A DNA stretch of 63,362 nt, counting the filler, from Octopus bimaculoides (lineage: Eukaryota), in assembly GCF_001194135.2 (NCBI RefSeq). It is 6 parts of 6 records of this genome, joined end to end, with 100 filler letters (N's around TTAATTAATTAA, not from the genome) between each part and the next. Parts side by side here need not be neighbours in the genome. Positions count along the whole stretch, not along the records: positions 38,158 to 48,524 come from NC_068988.1; positions 48,625 to 58,978 come from NC_068983.1; 4 more parts are not named here. The stretch is one strand, 5' to 3'. The notes below the pieces were generated by a model. The model had not been told where the DNA came from. It worked only from the letters and a program-made list of their open reading frames with translations, and did no database searches. Below, in pieces: positions 40,215 through 52,962 of this stretch (position 1 is its first letter; each line of letters begins with the position of its first letter). The position numbers and the translations under genes were made by a program.

Positions 40215-40432
40215 TTCGATTGATGTCACCCCATTGGTTAAGCAGGGGAGGATTGGGGCAGCATTCTCCCTGAGCAGAACACCAATCCGTCGCAGGATAA
40301 TCCGTGTACAGCTGGAGCAACGTGAGATGATGTGTTTTGTTGAAGGGCACAAAACACTACCGATATCGAAATCGACAACATGATCCTGTGATTAAGAATG
40401 CAGCACCCTAACAACTAGGCCACACGCATTCA
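40215..40432 (-). mobile_element. SINE family C
   Basis: ccaatccgtcgcagg...ctggagcaacgtgagatgatgtgttttgttgaagggcacaa...cagcaccctaacaactaggccacacgc. Confidence 0.8.
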
Positions 40433-40689
40433 CACGTACATATACACAATCAATATAATGAATCTCCATCAGTTTCGACGAAGAGTTCTCAGTTGCTCGA
40501 TCTACTGAAGTAGGATCGAAACTAGGACCTAGTGAGTTTGAAGTGAATTGCTCAGTCATTTGGTTATACTTCGACTACGCATGCATACACACATACATAC
40601 ACGAATACATAAACATATACAAACGTAGTAAACGAGTAGATATATTCTACAATGTCAAATAGGGATGAAAAGAAAATATATCCTATGTG

Positions 40690-41150
40690 TCGAGTAAAAA
40701 AAAAAAAACGTAACGTTTCAGACAGAAAACCTTCAGCAGTGGAGAAATGGACATCAACTGGTATTGTAGGAAATATAAACTGGGGTTGATGAGAGATATG
40801 TAGAAAAGGAGTATGGAAAGAGAAGAAAGGTGGGGGCCGGTTAACAAGTCTTAGAGTGGAAAGGGATAGCGAGATGAGCGAAGACAATATAAGTGTAACA
40901 CAAGTAGATTTCGTTTTTGGATTTGGTTTGCAAGATTTTTTATGTGATTTCGTGTGTTGAAGCATATTCTGTTGTGTCTGGGGAGAGTCATTTTCTTATC
41001 GTGCCTTAATAGTCAAGACTATTGAAAAGGTTGCAAGACGCAACGAAAATTTTAGGAAAATAAGAAATAAGTGGAAATTTTAACGGTGAGTGTGTTAAAT
41101 TTTAAGGCACAATAAGAAAATGACTCTCCCCAGACACAACAAGTAGATTT
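40690..41150. mobile_element. Probable Penelope-like remnant with a fold-back (inverted) terminus
   Basis: 40-bp inverted arms 40970-41009 / 41102-41141 (1 mismatch); central hairpin aatagtc-aa-gactatt; decayed minus-strand HHR-like motif CTGCTGA...GAAACGTT at ~40708-40742. Confidence 0.55.
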
Positions 41151-41896
41151 GAAAGAAGCATTGAGTGAAGGGAAGGAGATAATGCCAGAGTATCACTGTG
41201 TAGATATAGAACGACAGACAGATTCATATATTCTTTTAAGCACGGAATCAACGTGCTTCATTTGATGCTTAGTACTGTTAGTTTATGCCAGTAAAACCTC
41301 CTTTAGTTTACTGGTTTCAGCGAGGTTGAGGTGATGCTGGGATTGAGTTTCTTTTATGAATTGTTTCTGGTGAGGTATCGAGTTAAACGGAGGTGCTTTT
41401 CTTTGTGCCACCTGCCGCGATGTGAGTTCATCTCACGAAAATCTTTTTTCAGAGTCATTGATTACTTCCACATCTACACCTCGCAAATATCCGAGACCTT
41501 TTTGGCAGAATGTTGGACAGTTATGGACTCTTGAAAGCCAAGTTGTAACAGTAGTGGGTTCTCAGGATCCCTGTGGTGAAATCAGTGGCGTAGTTACTAA
41601 GAGAGCGAAAGATATGAGGTTCGAGAGACGTCGGAATGTCTAAACCAGTTATTGTAAATGTCATTTACATTTCAAATCTCGCCATTAAGAGATAATTATG
41701 AGTGTGTGTGTGCATGTGTATGTGTGTATGAATANNNNNNNNNNNNNNNNNNNNNNNNNNNNNNNNNNNNNNNNNNNNNNNNNNNNNNNNNNNNNNNNNN
41801 NNNNNNNNNNNNNNNNNNNNNNNNNNNNNNNNNNNNNNNNNNNNNNNNNNNNNNNNNNNNNNNNNNNNNNNNNNNNNNNNNNNNNNNNNNNNNNNN

Positions 41897-41935
<39 letters not shown>

Positions 41936-42647
41936 TAATAATTATATTTATGTATATATATTTCCATGCCAGACTGTATAAATAGATTGCACACCTGTCT
42001 TATTAGCAACATCATATTCTCTTCCGCCTTAGTTCATGTCCAACCACCCGAAGCATCACCGCAAATAACCCCCTTTCACTGGCACCACCATCACCACCAA
42101 TACGTACCATCCTCAACGATTATTAACTGATCCCAACACCACCGGCGCCACCAGCGTCACCACCGCAACCACTGCCACCATCACTATCATACTGCCAGTT
42201 GTCTGCCAAATCAAGCTGAGAGAACGAGAGACAGATATAGATAGGTAGACAGATCGAGAGAGAAGGAGGGAGTGAGTGATGAAAGAAAGAGAAAGAGTGA
42301 GAGAGAGAAAGAGAGAGAGATGAAAGAGGTTGAGGCAGAGAGGGTGTGTGTGCATAATGAATATATGTGTTGATATATATATGCTTATAAATATATATAT
42401 ATATGTGTGTGTGTGTGTGTATAATACACATATGTGATTTTACATACATGCTCTTACACACACATATATATGTACACGAATATATACATACATAAATATC
42501 TACATCTACATATATATACATATATACACACGCACACGCACATACTCACATATGTATGTATATGTATATATAAACATATATGTATAAATTTAAGCATAAG
42601 TGTGTATGTAGACGGGGGAGAGGGGTAGGGGAGTGACACAGAAGAGG

Positions 42648-42681
<34 letters not shown>

Positions 42682-43092
42682 CAGAGTGAAAGAGAAGGGA
42701 GGCACCGAGAAAGTAGGAGGGAGAAGAGAGAAAGAGTGATACGAGAAAGTCGAGGCTGGTTGGTTGGCTGGTTAGCTGGTTGGCTGGTTGGCTGGCTAGT
42801 TGTCTGGTCAATGGACAGGGTCGGACCAAAGTTTGGCACCATAGCACCAATTATCACTAGTGCCGAAATAAACGTAGAAATGTCCTAACTCTGAAATGGA
42901 GGTTATATAATTTGTGACCGTTCGCTGTATTCTTCGACTAATTACTTGAAACAATCAGCTGCTGCCAAAAATATTCCGGTTCCCACAAACACCTCGCCTC
43001 CACCCATGTCCATCCTGGCCAAATTATGGTTTTTGTGGGTGTTTTCCTCAATGACACTCTCCTGTCTATCCTTATTATTTCAGTAGTGTTCG

Positions 43093-43133
<41 letters not shown>

Positions 43134-44499
43134 GTATGTATGTACATTTTCTTTGTTGTATGTATGTACATTTAATATGCATAGGTGTAAGTATATTTAC
43201 ATATGTATATGTATATCTATATATGTCTGTGTGTATATAAACACACACACACAATTATATATACATACATATATATATAAATACAAATACACACACTTAT
43301 ATATATCGAAATACATGTACATGTATGCACACACATATGTCTACATCTACATATGAAGGTACACACTTGCACATTAATATTTAATTATCAAAACTTGTTA
43401 TCTGAGAGGCATACATACATACATACATACATACATACATACATACATACATACATACATACATACATACATACAGTTTTTCTCTTTGTGCTTACAGGTA
43501 AAAGTTGAGCAATGCTTCACTCGACACACAGAATGATGGTTCAAAATATGGGCGGGTAATTTGAAATATTGTGTGGGTGTTACTATGACTATCACGAATA
43601 TACACGCAAATGTGAATAGTAAATGCAAATATATACTTTATATTATATTACATTATATATATATACCTGGATGAACTTTATATAATCCTTTATAACGCTT
43701 CGTTAACTTTATTTCTAACTCTTGAATGTATATTAAGTACAAGGGAGACTACTTCGGTATCCTGTCTAGCAATCACTAGCTGCCATTCCCAACACTAGCA
43801 GGGAGCAATCCTAACCAGTTGCATCCAGCAAGTAGAAACTACGATCTTCTCGCAGTCAACAGCAACCGACATGTATTTACGCTCCTCGAGATCTGGACCA
43901 ACCAATAAGAACGAGGCATACATACAAAACAATGACCACAGAAGCCTTGTTACTCAAAAGCAGGATTTTGAGCGACCAAGAGCGTTTTGCTTATATTCTA
44001 TGAAATTTCAAAAATGTGATCACTTTGTTAATGCAAATAAATATAAACTCTACAAAACACATCGAGTACTCTTTCTTATCGTTTGTACTCCTGTGCTTAT
44101 GTGTGTTTGTGTGTGTCCGTGCTCGCGCGCATATAATGCATTATCGGAACAGTCGTGAGCTCACAGACAACAAATCCAGAACACTAATGTTCACCAAATT
44201 CCATTGAGCGAACATATAGGAAAAATGTGATCAGAAAATGTTTCCAATGTTTCTTTTCCACAAACTACACGACACAAATGAGGTTGGAAAAAAGATAAAA
44301 GAAAGACGTTTCATTAAATATGTTCAAACCTCTTCTGAACGCAAATAACAACAATAATATAACAACCAGTCAATGATTTAGATTAAAAAATATCAACATA
44401 TGAATACAAACAAATTACAGAAGATTCCCACCGATTGAAATAGAAACGATTGAAACCAACTAAGTTTGCTCACTCATAAAACCATAACATGTAACCGCA

Positions 44500-44750
44500 A
44501 GCCAATTGGTTAAAATAAAGGTGGGATCTATGCCAGCAATATCGGTGTATTTGACTAACCGTGACATTTAAGCTGCATGCTGATTGGTCAAAACCGTGTT
44601 CGAAAAATGCTATTTGTCGGAGCCGTTTAAAAAGTATAAAAATGAAGAAGTCAGGCATTTTACTACAGTTGTCAAGAACTCAACTCAGCTGTCAGTCAAT
44701 ACATTTTGAAATCTGATGATTACTGCGAACGTATGAAAGCGCTAATTGAA
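44500..44750 (+). promoter_or_regulatory. Pol II core-promoter-like cluster (CCAAT x2, TATA, Inr-like) followed by an HHR-like motif; possible PLE pLTR
   Basis: CCAATTGG 44502-09, ATTGG 44583-87, TATAAAAA 44635-42, cAgtt about 32 nt downstream, then CTGATGA 44713-19...GAAAGCGCTA 44735-44. Confidence 0.3.
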
Positions 44751-45019
44751 TTTTATTGAGTATTACTAAATAATTTTTTTTAATGTTTTTTTCAATGTAC
44801 TAAAAAAAATTCTTTTAAATACTATAAAAAAAAGAAAACGTAAAAACCAGACCACGTTGTAACTTTATTCAGCATATATNNNNNNNNNNNNNNNNNNNNN
44901 NNNNNNNNNNNNNNNNNNNNNNNNNNNNNNNNNNNNNNNNNNNNNNNNNNNNNNNNNNNNNNNNNNNNNNNNNNNNNNNNNNNNNNNNNNNNNNNNNNNN
45001 NNNNNNNNNNNNNNNNNNN

Positions 45020-45064
<45 letters not shown>

Positions 45065-45603
45065 GGTTACTCGTGCGGCTAAGGAGTCTCAGTGGTTATA
45101 TATATTTCTTTAGATACACTAAAATTGTACTGCATATGTTCGCGTAATTCTGTCTAATATATAGCTCCTGATATGTATGGAAGTGTGTTCCAATGAATAT
45201 TCCTTCAGCATAACCCACGGAACGTATTTCCACAACTGTTCCAAGATATTTATCACTTCTCGTTAATATGAAATGGCCACTTGGTTCATTCGAGTGTTTT
45301 TAATCGAATTATATACCTGCTACTCATGATGCCAACAACGGCTATATAGCGTGGTTAGATGAACAACTACTATCCGTCTTTAAAACAACTGTGGCTGCTG
45401 TGATGAAAAGTCATGGAAGCATCTTGATACTGTGCATGAGACCTTGTAGTAAATATTCCATGTTTTCTGTATGTGGAATATTTCATGTTCATTCTTGTTT
45501 GTTTTATTCAGATAGAAAAAAATCATAGCACCGAATACTTGACGAGTCATTGTGCCCTTCTAATCATTAAATATCTTAAGTAAATAAGGATTATATAGCG
45601 TTC

Positions 45604-45669
<66 letters not shown>

Positions 45670-45694
45670 GTGTGTATGTGTGTGNNNNNNNNNN

Positions 45695-45732
<38 letters not shown>

Positions 45733-45799
45733 TTAAAAATCATACGCATGTTCAATGTATGGAAGTTTAGAGCTATATAACTCACGAAAAACGCAATAT

Positions 45800-46360
45800 T
45801 TGATGGGACTAGGGGGTCATCCCAAGTTAGTGGTCCCAAAGCCGACCAAATTCACCGCTGCTTCTCAATCGTTGGCGATCCGATGCCATTCCGTCTGCAT
45901 CCAAAGTGACGTCGAGCCTCTCTCTGGAGATCTTCCTTAATCACGTCCAGCCATGTGGTGCGGGACCTGGCACGAGATGGCCGAACGTACCTAAGGAAGA
46001 TGGTCTCTATCTTCTATCATGCACCCTAAATCATTGCACTAGGACACCTTGCTCAATCCTTTCTTCTTTGAAGTATTATCCCTGTAGCACATTACGATCA
46101 GCTTTGTCAGAATAAAGATGTACCACCCATACAAAATAGAATTATACGAATCAGAGTGACCTTCTTTTACTAGACAGCTTGATGGGATTTAACAGAGATC
46201 TGAGAGCTGATTCTAGCAGTCGAGACACTATGTAGGAGCCACATCCTTGGCTGTCTCATATGTACTTTATTATCACAACTATCAACCTAGAAACAGTCAA
46301 GATTAGCATCAATCTCCAACAGAGCGCGCTAAGTCTGGGACGAATTGTGGTAATCAAGTG
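45800..46360 (-). mobile_element. RTE-clade LINE 3' remnant
   Basis: Minus strand encodes RPSRARSRTTWLDVIKEDLQRE (~45975-45915), then in another frame MQTEWHRIAND*EAAV. These resemble the RTE C-terminal RP.GRP...W.D.I..DL....W...A.DR..W pattern. Boundaries approximate. Confidence 0.6.
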
Positions 46361-46416
46361 ATCAAGTTAAATGATTCTCCACCTTAGATTAAAATATAAA
46401 TCTATCTATCCATCTT

Positions 46417-46490
<74 letters not shown>

Positions 46491-48743
46491 ATTATATATA
46501 CTCACACACATACACACATACATGTGTATACACATATGTATGTATTCATGTATGTATGTATGTATGTATGTATGTATGTACGTGTGTGTGTGTGCATGTG
46601 TGTTTCAGATTCTTCCCTTTCACTTGTTCAACTATGAACGATCTGTGAAGAAAAGATAACCAGGTACATTCCTTGAATGTCTTCTAATATATTTCACTTC
46701 GCAAAACGTTTGACTGTAATATATTTACCTATATTTATGTCATGCTGATGACTTCAAACAAGGGTGAAACGGTGCAATAACGGCTACCAGTGACTAACCA
46801 TATTTAAGATCTTTGTAATTAAAAGGGGCATGTATATTCAGTGCATCTTCTTCATTACTGTTAAATTTAAAATTCAAACTTCTCACCCCGTGATGAGTAA
46901 AGCCTTATCTACTTGTGATTGTCTCCCTCATAATAACTGCCGTTAGGGGTTTCACATGCTATTGAATTATTCTCTCAGCTAAACCAAAAAAGATTTACTT
47001 TTGTGTTGGTATGAATGGATAGAAAAAATACAACTATTCTATGCAGTGCTTAAGTATATAAACATTTTAAGGATTTAATCTATAAAACACCTTTGTCATC
47101 CTACGAATATTTCCTTTATTTCCAACGAGTCTTTAAGCTATAGATTCAACGTCGATATATGATTTAGGATGTGTTGTTATCAAGTACAACTTAGATGGCT
47201 TCACTGATTCCAGAAGCTCGATAAAATATTTATCAACAAAAGAAAGCAACTAAAAGCGGTGACTTTAAAAATAATTTTTTATTTTATTTCGTTGATAAAG
47301 ATAAAATTGAGCGATAAACGTTATTTTAAGGTTATAAAAAAGAAGAAACAACAGCATTGTTCCGAACACCAAAAATGTGGCAGAAACTTGAAAAATGCCA
47401 ACGAATACTCCCGATAACTCCACAAAAAGAAAAGAAGCAGAAATATACAGAGTCTTGATGTGTCGCGTTAAAAATGATAAAATATAACAATAAGTGCACA
47501 TATGATTGAAACAAGTAAAAAGTAACAATTAAAAGAAAAAAATGAAACCTGATCAATAATCAAGATTAGATAAAAGACAAATTTATCGAACCTGCGAAGG
47601 AGTCTCGATGTGGTTTCTTGATCTGGTAGGAATAACAGGCATGTCTTCTTCAAATGTTTTACTGTCTTTAGAAAATGTAAGGATACATTAAATAATGTGG
47701 CTCTAGATACAGAGTGTGTCTGAAAAAGGAAAATAGAAAAGATAGTCACGGCTAGAAAGTGTTTTGTGTTTTTACAAGAGTAGATCTGACTTGAGGCAAA
47801 ATAGCAACAACAGCAGCAACAGCAACAACAATAATATAAAAGTTATTCTTATTTCGATAATTGATTTCTATGCTTTAGGATTATGTATATTGTTTTAAAA
47901 TTTATACACCAGGTAGATGTATATTGTATTGAATCTAAGAATTTTCCCCGTGTTAGGTCATAAGTCACTCTAGCATGAATAGATTAATGACAGTCCATTA
48001 ACGTTATTGATGGCAACGTGAAACAATGTGAAGGAAAAGAATTCAACTAGAAACTGTTATTTATATGTAACAAAATCGGTTTAACTTCCTACAGATGTTC
48101 CACTCATTATTTTTGGAATCTATTGACATTCCTACGCCGAAAAGTACAATTACATTCTCTAACGTGTTTTAACTCAATAGCAAGCTGCATCATACTTTGT
48201 GTTATTGATTTCAAAACTAGTCTGCAATTATTTAAAAAACTATTGGCGTTTTCAGGTGAGACAGACTTTATAATTAGATGAGTTAGAAGCTGATGGTTTC
48301 ACACTTCGTTTGTTTTTGCATTTTTATTTAGATGGTTAAATAGTTATTTGATATGGCTGCGTGGTTCAGAAATTAAACATAGGTTTGGCTATCCTTTGTA
48401 TTGTTTCAAACAGTCTGCAGCCATGCTTGGGCACCGCATTGAAGACATTTTAGTAGAATGAATCGACCCCATATATATATATATATATATATTAAGGTAG
48501 TATATTTTATACTCTGCTATTGTANNNNNNNNNNNNNNNNNNNNNNNNNNNNNNNNNNNNNNNNNNNNTTAATTAATTAANNNNNNNNNNNNNNNNNNNN
48601 NNNNNNNNNNNNNNNNNNNNNNNNATATATATATATATATAATCCCCACCCACTAGAAAGCAATGCAGAAGTAAGCCGAAACGATCGTTGTGCTCAATAA
48701 AGCTTCCAGTACAATCTCTCTTCCATATCAACCATTTAATATA

Positions 48744-49625
48744 GAGGATGTTTCAAAAAATTTGGTATCATTTGAGATGTAAATATTGCAGAAACTACAT
48801 AGTCAAATCAAATGAAATTAAACAGGCTTAATGTTGAGCAACATAAGATGTATTCATCCAAAGTTAAAAGAGAAATTCAGAGGTATGTGGATTCCATGAA
48901 CGATTTCACAAATGTTCAATATGCGCACCACCTGAGACACAGCACACGTCAAGTCGGAAGTCCAGCTCCTCCCAAACACGCTGCAGCATGCCTTGGCTAA
49001 CAGTCTGCAGTGCGGTAGTGATTCTCTGTTCGAGTTTCTCTAGGTTTGCAGAAAGAGGAGGCATATAGATCAGGCCCTTCACAAAGCCTCATGTTTGCGC
49101 TTCCGTGTGTCATCTGCCGTTATGGCCTGAAGGAGTTGAAGCTTGTAGGGTTTCATTAGCAAGCGTTTCCTCAGGACGCGTCAAACTATCGTTGGAAGAA
49201 TCTAGGTTTCCAGACTTCTTTTTATGGACTTCTTAGGGTTTCGCATTAATTTTTGGCGAACCCGCTCAACCGTCTCTTCCGATGTTAGTGGTCGCCCAGA
49301 TTCTTTTACCCTGCACAGACAGCCCTCTTCCTTGAACTTGTTGTGCCATGTGTGAATCTGCATTTCCGTTGGTGACTTCTTAGAGAATTCTCTCATGCAT
49401 CCTGCACAGTCTTGTTCGACTGTGTTCGAGTATACTCCAACACACAAAACGCCTTTTCTATTCCAGTGAATGCCATTTCTATACCTGAAAAGAGAAACAT
49501 ATCAAAGATTAAGCATAAAATGTTGACCTGTTTCTATACATGCTGTTAAAATTTGAAGTCATTTGAACAAGAACTCGCAAAATTATTAGATTGCGAAATG
49601 ATATCAAACTTTTTGAAACACCCTG
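48744..49625 (-). mobile_element. Internally deleted Tc1/mariner transposon (882 bp) with TIRs and TA target duplication
   Basis: Left TA-gaggatgtttcaaaaaatttggtatcattt; right (reverse complement) TA-cagggtgtttcaaaaagtttgatatcattt: ~30-bp TIRs with 4 mismatches. Confidence 0.9.
48906..49476 (-). pseudogene. Mariner-family transposase pseudogene: N-terminal HTH and C-terminus retained, DDD core deleted
   Basis: MAFTGIEKAFCVLEYTRTQSNKTVQ [frameshift] REFSKKSPTEMQIHTWHNKFKEEGCLCRVKESGRPLTSEETVERVRQKLMRNPKKS...VLRKRLLMKPYKLQLLQAITADDTRKRKH, joined at ~49090 to GFVKGLIYMPPLSANLEKLEQRITTALQTVSQGMLQRVWEELDFRLDVCCVSGGAHIEHL*. Confidence 0.88.
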
Positions 49626-50557
49626 TACATACATATATATATGCATATATATATATNNNNNNNNNNNNNNNNNNNNNNNNNNNNNNNNNNNNNNNNNNNN
49701 NNNNNNNNNNNNNNNNNNNNNNNNNNNNNNNNNNNNNNNNNNNNNNNNNNNNNNNNNNNNNNNNNNNNNNNNNNNNNNNNNNNNNNNNNNNNNNNNNNNN
49801 NNNNNNNNNNNNNNNNNNNNNNNNNNNNNNNNNNNNNNNNNNNNNNNNNNNNNNNNNNNNNNNNNNNNNNNNNNNNNNNNNNNNNNNNNNNNNNNNNNNN
49901 NNNNNNNNNNNNNNNNNNNNNNNNNNNNNNNNNNNNNNNNNNNNNNNNNNNNNNNNNNNNNNNNNNNNNNNNNNNNNNNNNNNNNNNNNNNNNNNNNNNN
50001 NNNNNNNNNNNNNNNNNNNNNNNNNNNATATACATATATACATATATATATACATATATATATATACATATATATATGCATATATATATATGTATGTATG
50101 TATGTATATACACATAGACACATACACGCGCGCGTGCGAGCGCACACACACACACACACTCCATCGGTTTTCGGAGGATACCTCATGCAAAGCTTTCTTC
50201 TAAGATGTTTTCCTTACTTTTCTGACAAATGATGTCAGCCATCAGATTGACACTGTGAATGAAAAAGGCACGTGCAATCTATTCCTCAGAAGCGCTGCAT
50301 ATTGATACAGAAATAGCTCTCTTGAAAGTTACCAATCTTTCGCTGTGAAAGTTGCTCAGGAGGTAGAAGTTGCTGACATAGATCCAACATCAGCAACAAA
50401 AAGCAAAATGCATGCACAGGTTTATAACACCAACAGAACACATAACTTTATACAAAAAAAACTCTGGAAAGTCAATCAGACCGTTGCGAAGGACCTCTTT
50501 CTTTTTTCTCTACAACTAAATCATTAACGATTTAGAATTAAAAAATAAAGATTAAAT

Positions 50558-50922
50558 ATAGGCGCAGGTGTGGTTATGTCGCAAGAAGCTTGCTTCCCGA
50601 CCACATGCATCTGGGTTCAGTCCCACTGCGTGGCACCTTTAGCAAGTGTTTTATACTATAGCCTTGTGAGTGAATCTGGTAGACGGAAGCATAAAGAAGC
50701 CCTTTGTATGTATATATTTTGTGTGCGCGTCTTTGTACATGGTTGTCCCCCCACAATCGCTTGACAACAGCTGTTGGTGTATTTACGTCCCCGTAACTTA
50801 GCGGTTAGGCAACAGATTCGATAGTATAAGCACTAGGCTTACAAAGACTAAGTCCTGTAGTTGATTTCCTCGACTAAAAAACCCTTTAAGGCAGTACTCC
50901 AGCAGGTACAAGAGTAAAAGAA
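50558..50922 (+). mobile_element. Near full-length SINE family A
   Basis: aggcgcaggtgtggttatgt...gggttcagtcccactgcgtggcacc...cgcttgacaacagctgttggtgtatttacgtccccgtaacttagcgg...aagagtaaaaga. Confidence 0.92.
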
Positions 50923-51239
50923 TGTCTTTTAAAATATGAACTATATCTTATCTTCAGTCTTGTTTTTATTAAATTTCATAGAAGGTTAAATTTAGCTTAG
51001 TTTAGCTTAATTTAATTTGTCTCGAGTTACGCAGCTCCTACCAATTTAAAGAGGGATGTAATAGAAATATGCATGGCTACCAACGACAAAAAATTAGAAA
51101 TGTTTATTTTTTGTAAGAAGTAAAGGAATAAATATTTATTAATCGAAAATTAGAGTCTCCAACTTTGACTGGGAATGGATTCTCTCTTGTTTAATAACAA
51201 ATTGACAATTAGTGGCCGAATACGTGGTATATGTATGTA

Positions 51240-51327
<88 letters not shown>

Positions 51328-51819
51328 TGTGTGTGTATTTGTGTGTGCGTATGGGTGCGAATGCATGTGTGTATACATATGCATACATACATACATACAT
51401 ACGTACTACTTACCTAAGTGTCGCTATGTATGCATGTATGACTCAATATTTCTTAATTACCCATTTAGTCATGGTGAGTCTATCTACGTATATGCCTTAT
51501 ATTACTTTCTTCTTTCTTTAATCACTGATTTAACAATTCTCTTGGATATACGTGTTCACAAGACAGCTATCTGTGAAGCAGGTAATATTTTCAACACCGC
51601 CTTGCTTCTTACCCTAAAGCAGTCATTCTTAATTGTCAATTTCAGAATCACTATAAATAGTATATAACTGTTTCCGCAAGACAATTCAATTTGAGGTGTC
51701 CAGATAGCCGAGGAATAGAAGGTGAAATACAAAATAGGAAACACATCGCTAGGTTAATTGAAGAATATAATATATATTTGTGCAGTTTGCTGGTCTACGT
51801 GTTATACGTGATCAGTGGT

Positions 51820-52480
51820 AAGAGTGTACATGGTCACTTGACACGCTAGAACTAGCAGCCTAATCTCTTCAAATCTCATCCAAGTGCCTTAAGTAAACAG
51901 CGGTACTACACAGCTCTAAAATAGACAGGATAGTCACAGTTGGAAGCCTCTGACCATATGATCCTCCAGTTGCAGTTGAGAAGCACAGATCAATGTCGTA
52001 GCGAAGCACCGCACCTTTGATTGAACAGTTAAAAAATGGTAGCCAAAATATCCTTCTAATAACATTAACATATCTTAAAATAGCTGAAAGACAAGATGGT
52101 TACAGAGATTTTTTTTATCTCAAATCTGACCTGGATTTTTAAAAAAATACTAATGAAAATCAGACATGGTCATGATGCAGCATGATCCCCCAAATTCACC
52201 ACTCGATCTGCAAAAAATAGAGCGAAATCTCCGTCAAATCTCATCATGATCTCTATAAAGATATGGATATATGATATAATGTAGTGTAAGAGATAATATC
52301 TCTGAATAACTAGTGATATGGTTCCGAATGCAACACATTTAATCGTTGATCTTTCGAGAACACAGGAAATAATATAGTCCTAGATACACTATCTCCAAAA
52401 TCAAAGCAAGGATTCTCATACATAGAACACATTTGATCATAGCTGTACTGGGTCAGGAATGACCTGGACTTAAACAATAA
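51820..52480. mobile_element. Cluster of several decayed family D repeat copies
   Basis: The motif tagcagcc.aatctc..caaatctca recurs at ~51853, ~52038 (looser) and ~52217; ggatagtcac/ggtcatg blocks follow. Confidence 0.6.
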
Positions 52481-52489
52481 CATGGAGGC

Positions 52490-52867
52490 TTGAATTTTGT
52501 TAACAACAAACAAGATGAGGACAAATATCCGTCAAATGTAAATAATGTAAATAATGTAAATAATTCCTCATCTCTTAAATATAGAACTGTATTATCTAAT
52601 CGGTACGGAGCCGACATTAGACCTCATTGGAGACATATAGAGAAACTCCATCAAAAACTAGCTCGTCTTTCAAACCATCTAACTTTCCTGTGTAGATGTA
52701 GAGACTCAAAGCTAATACCACCTGGCTTAAATATAATGACACCAGTGGATTCATATAAAGCTAGAAGAGTAGCGGAAAGGGCAGGACATACCCTCGTCCG
52801 TGAGAGGATCCACTACAGCCGTTGGAAAAAACATCAACTAAATAACGAAATAATAATAATAATATAA
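52490..52867 (+). pseudogene. N-terminal stub of a Penelope-like element polyprotein (RT and GIY-YIG absent)
   Basis: YRTVLSNRYGADIRPHWRHIEKLHQKLARLSNHLTFLCRCRDSKLIPPGLNIMTPVDSYKARRVAERAGHTLVRERIHYSRWKK resembles the KLAR..NHL.FL.RC.D..LIP.GL pattern I recall at the start of PLE ORFs; ends in an (AAT)n tract. Confidence 0.65.
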
Positions 52868-52913
52868 TAATAGTAACATCGTTAGGAATGAGAACCCAGG
52901 TTCTAAATTTCCC

Positions 52914-52962
52914 CAAGACACCTGACGAAGGCTGGAGGGTATATCAGCCGAAACGTTGTCTT
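52914..52962 (+). ncRNA. Minimal type-I hammerhead ribozyme motif
   Basis: aagacac-CUGACGA (52922-28)-a-ggcug-gaggguauau-cagcc-GAAAC-GUU (52955-57)-gucuu. 5-bp stem II; stem III reduced to the palindrome ACGU; stem I gacac/gucuu has one C-C mismatch. Confidence 0.72.

Noticed and set aside
41422-44158. ORFs 41422-41643 and 43871-44158 in GC-richer islands
   Set aside because: Could be decayed TE interiors, but I could not identify any protein motif, so no call is made.
46740-46780. CUGAUGA...GAAAC hammerhead-like spacing
   Set aside because: Stem II does not close, the cleavage triplet would be GUG (H cannot be G), and stem I is only 2 bp.
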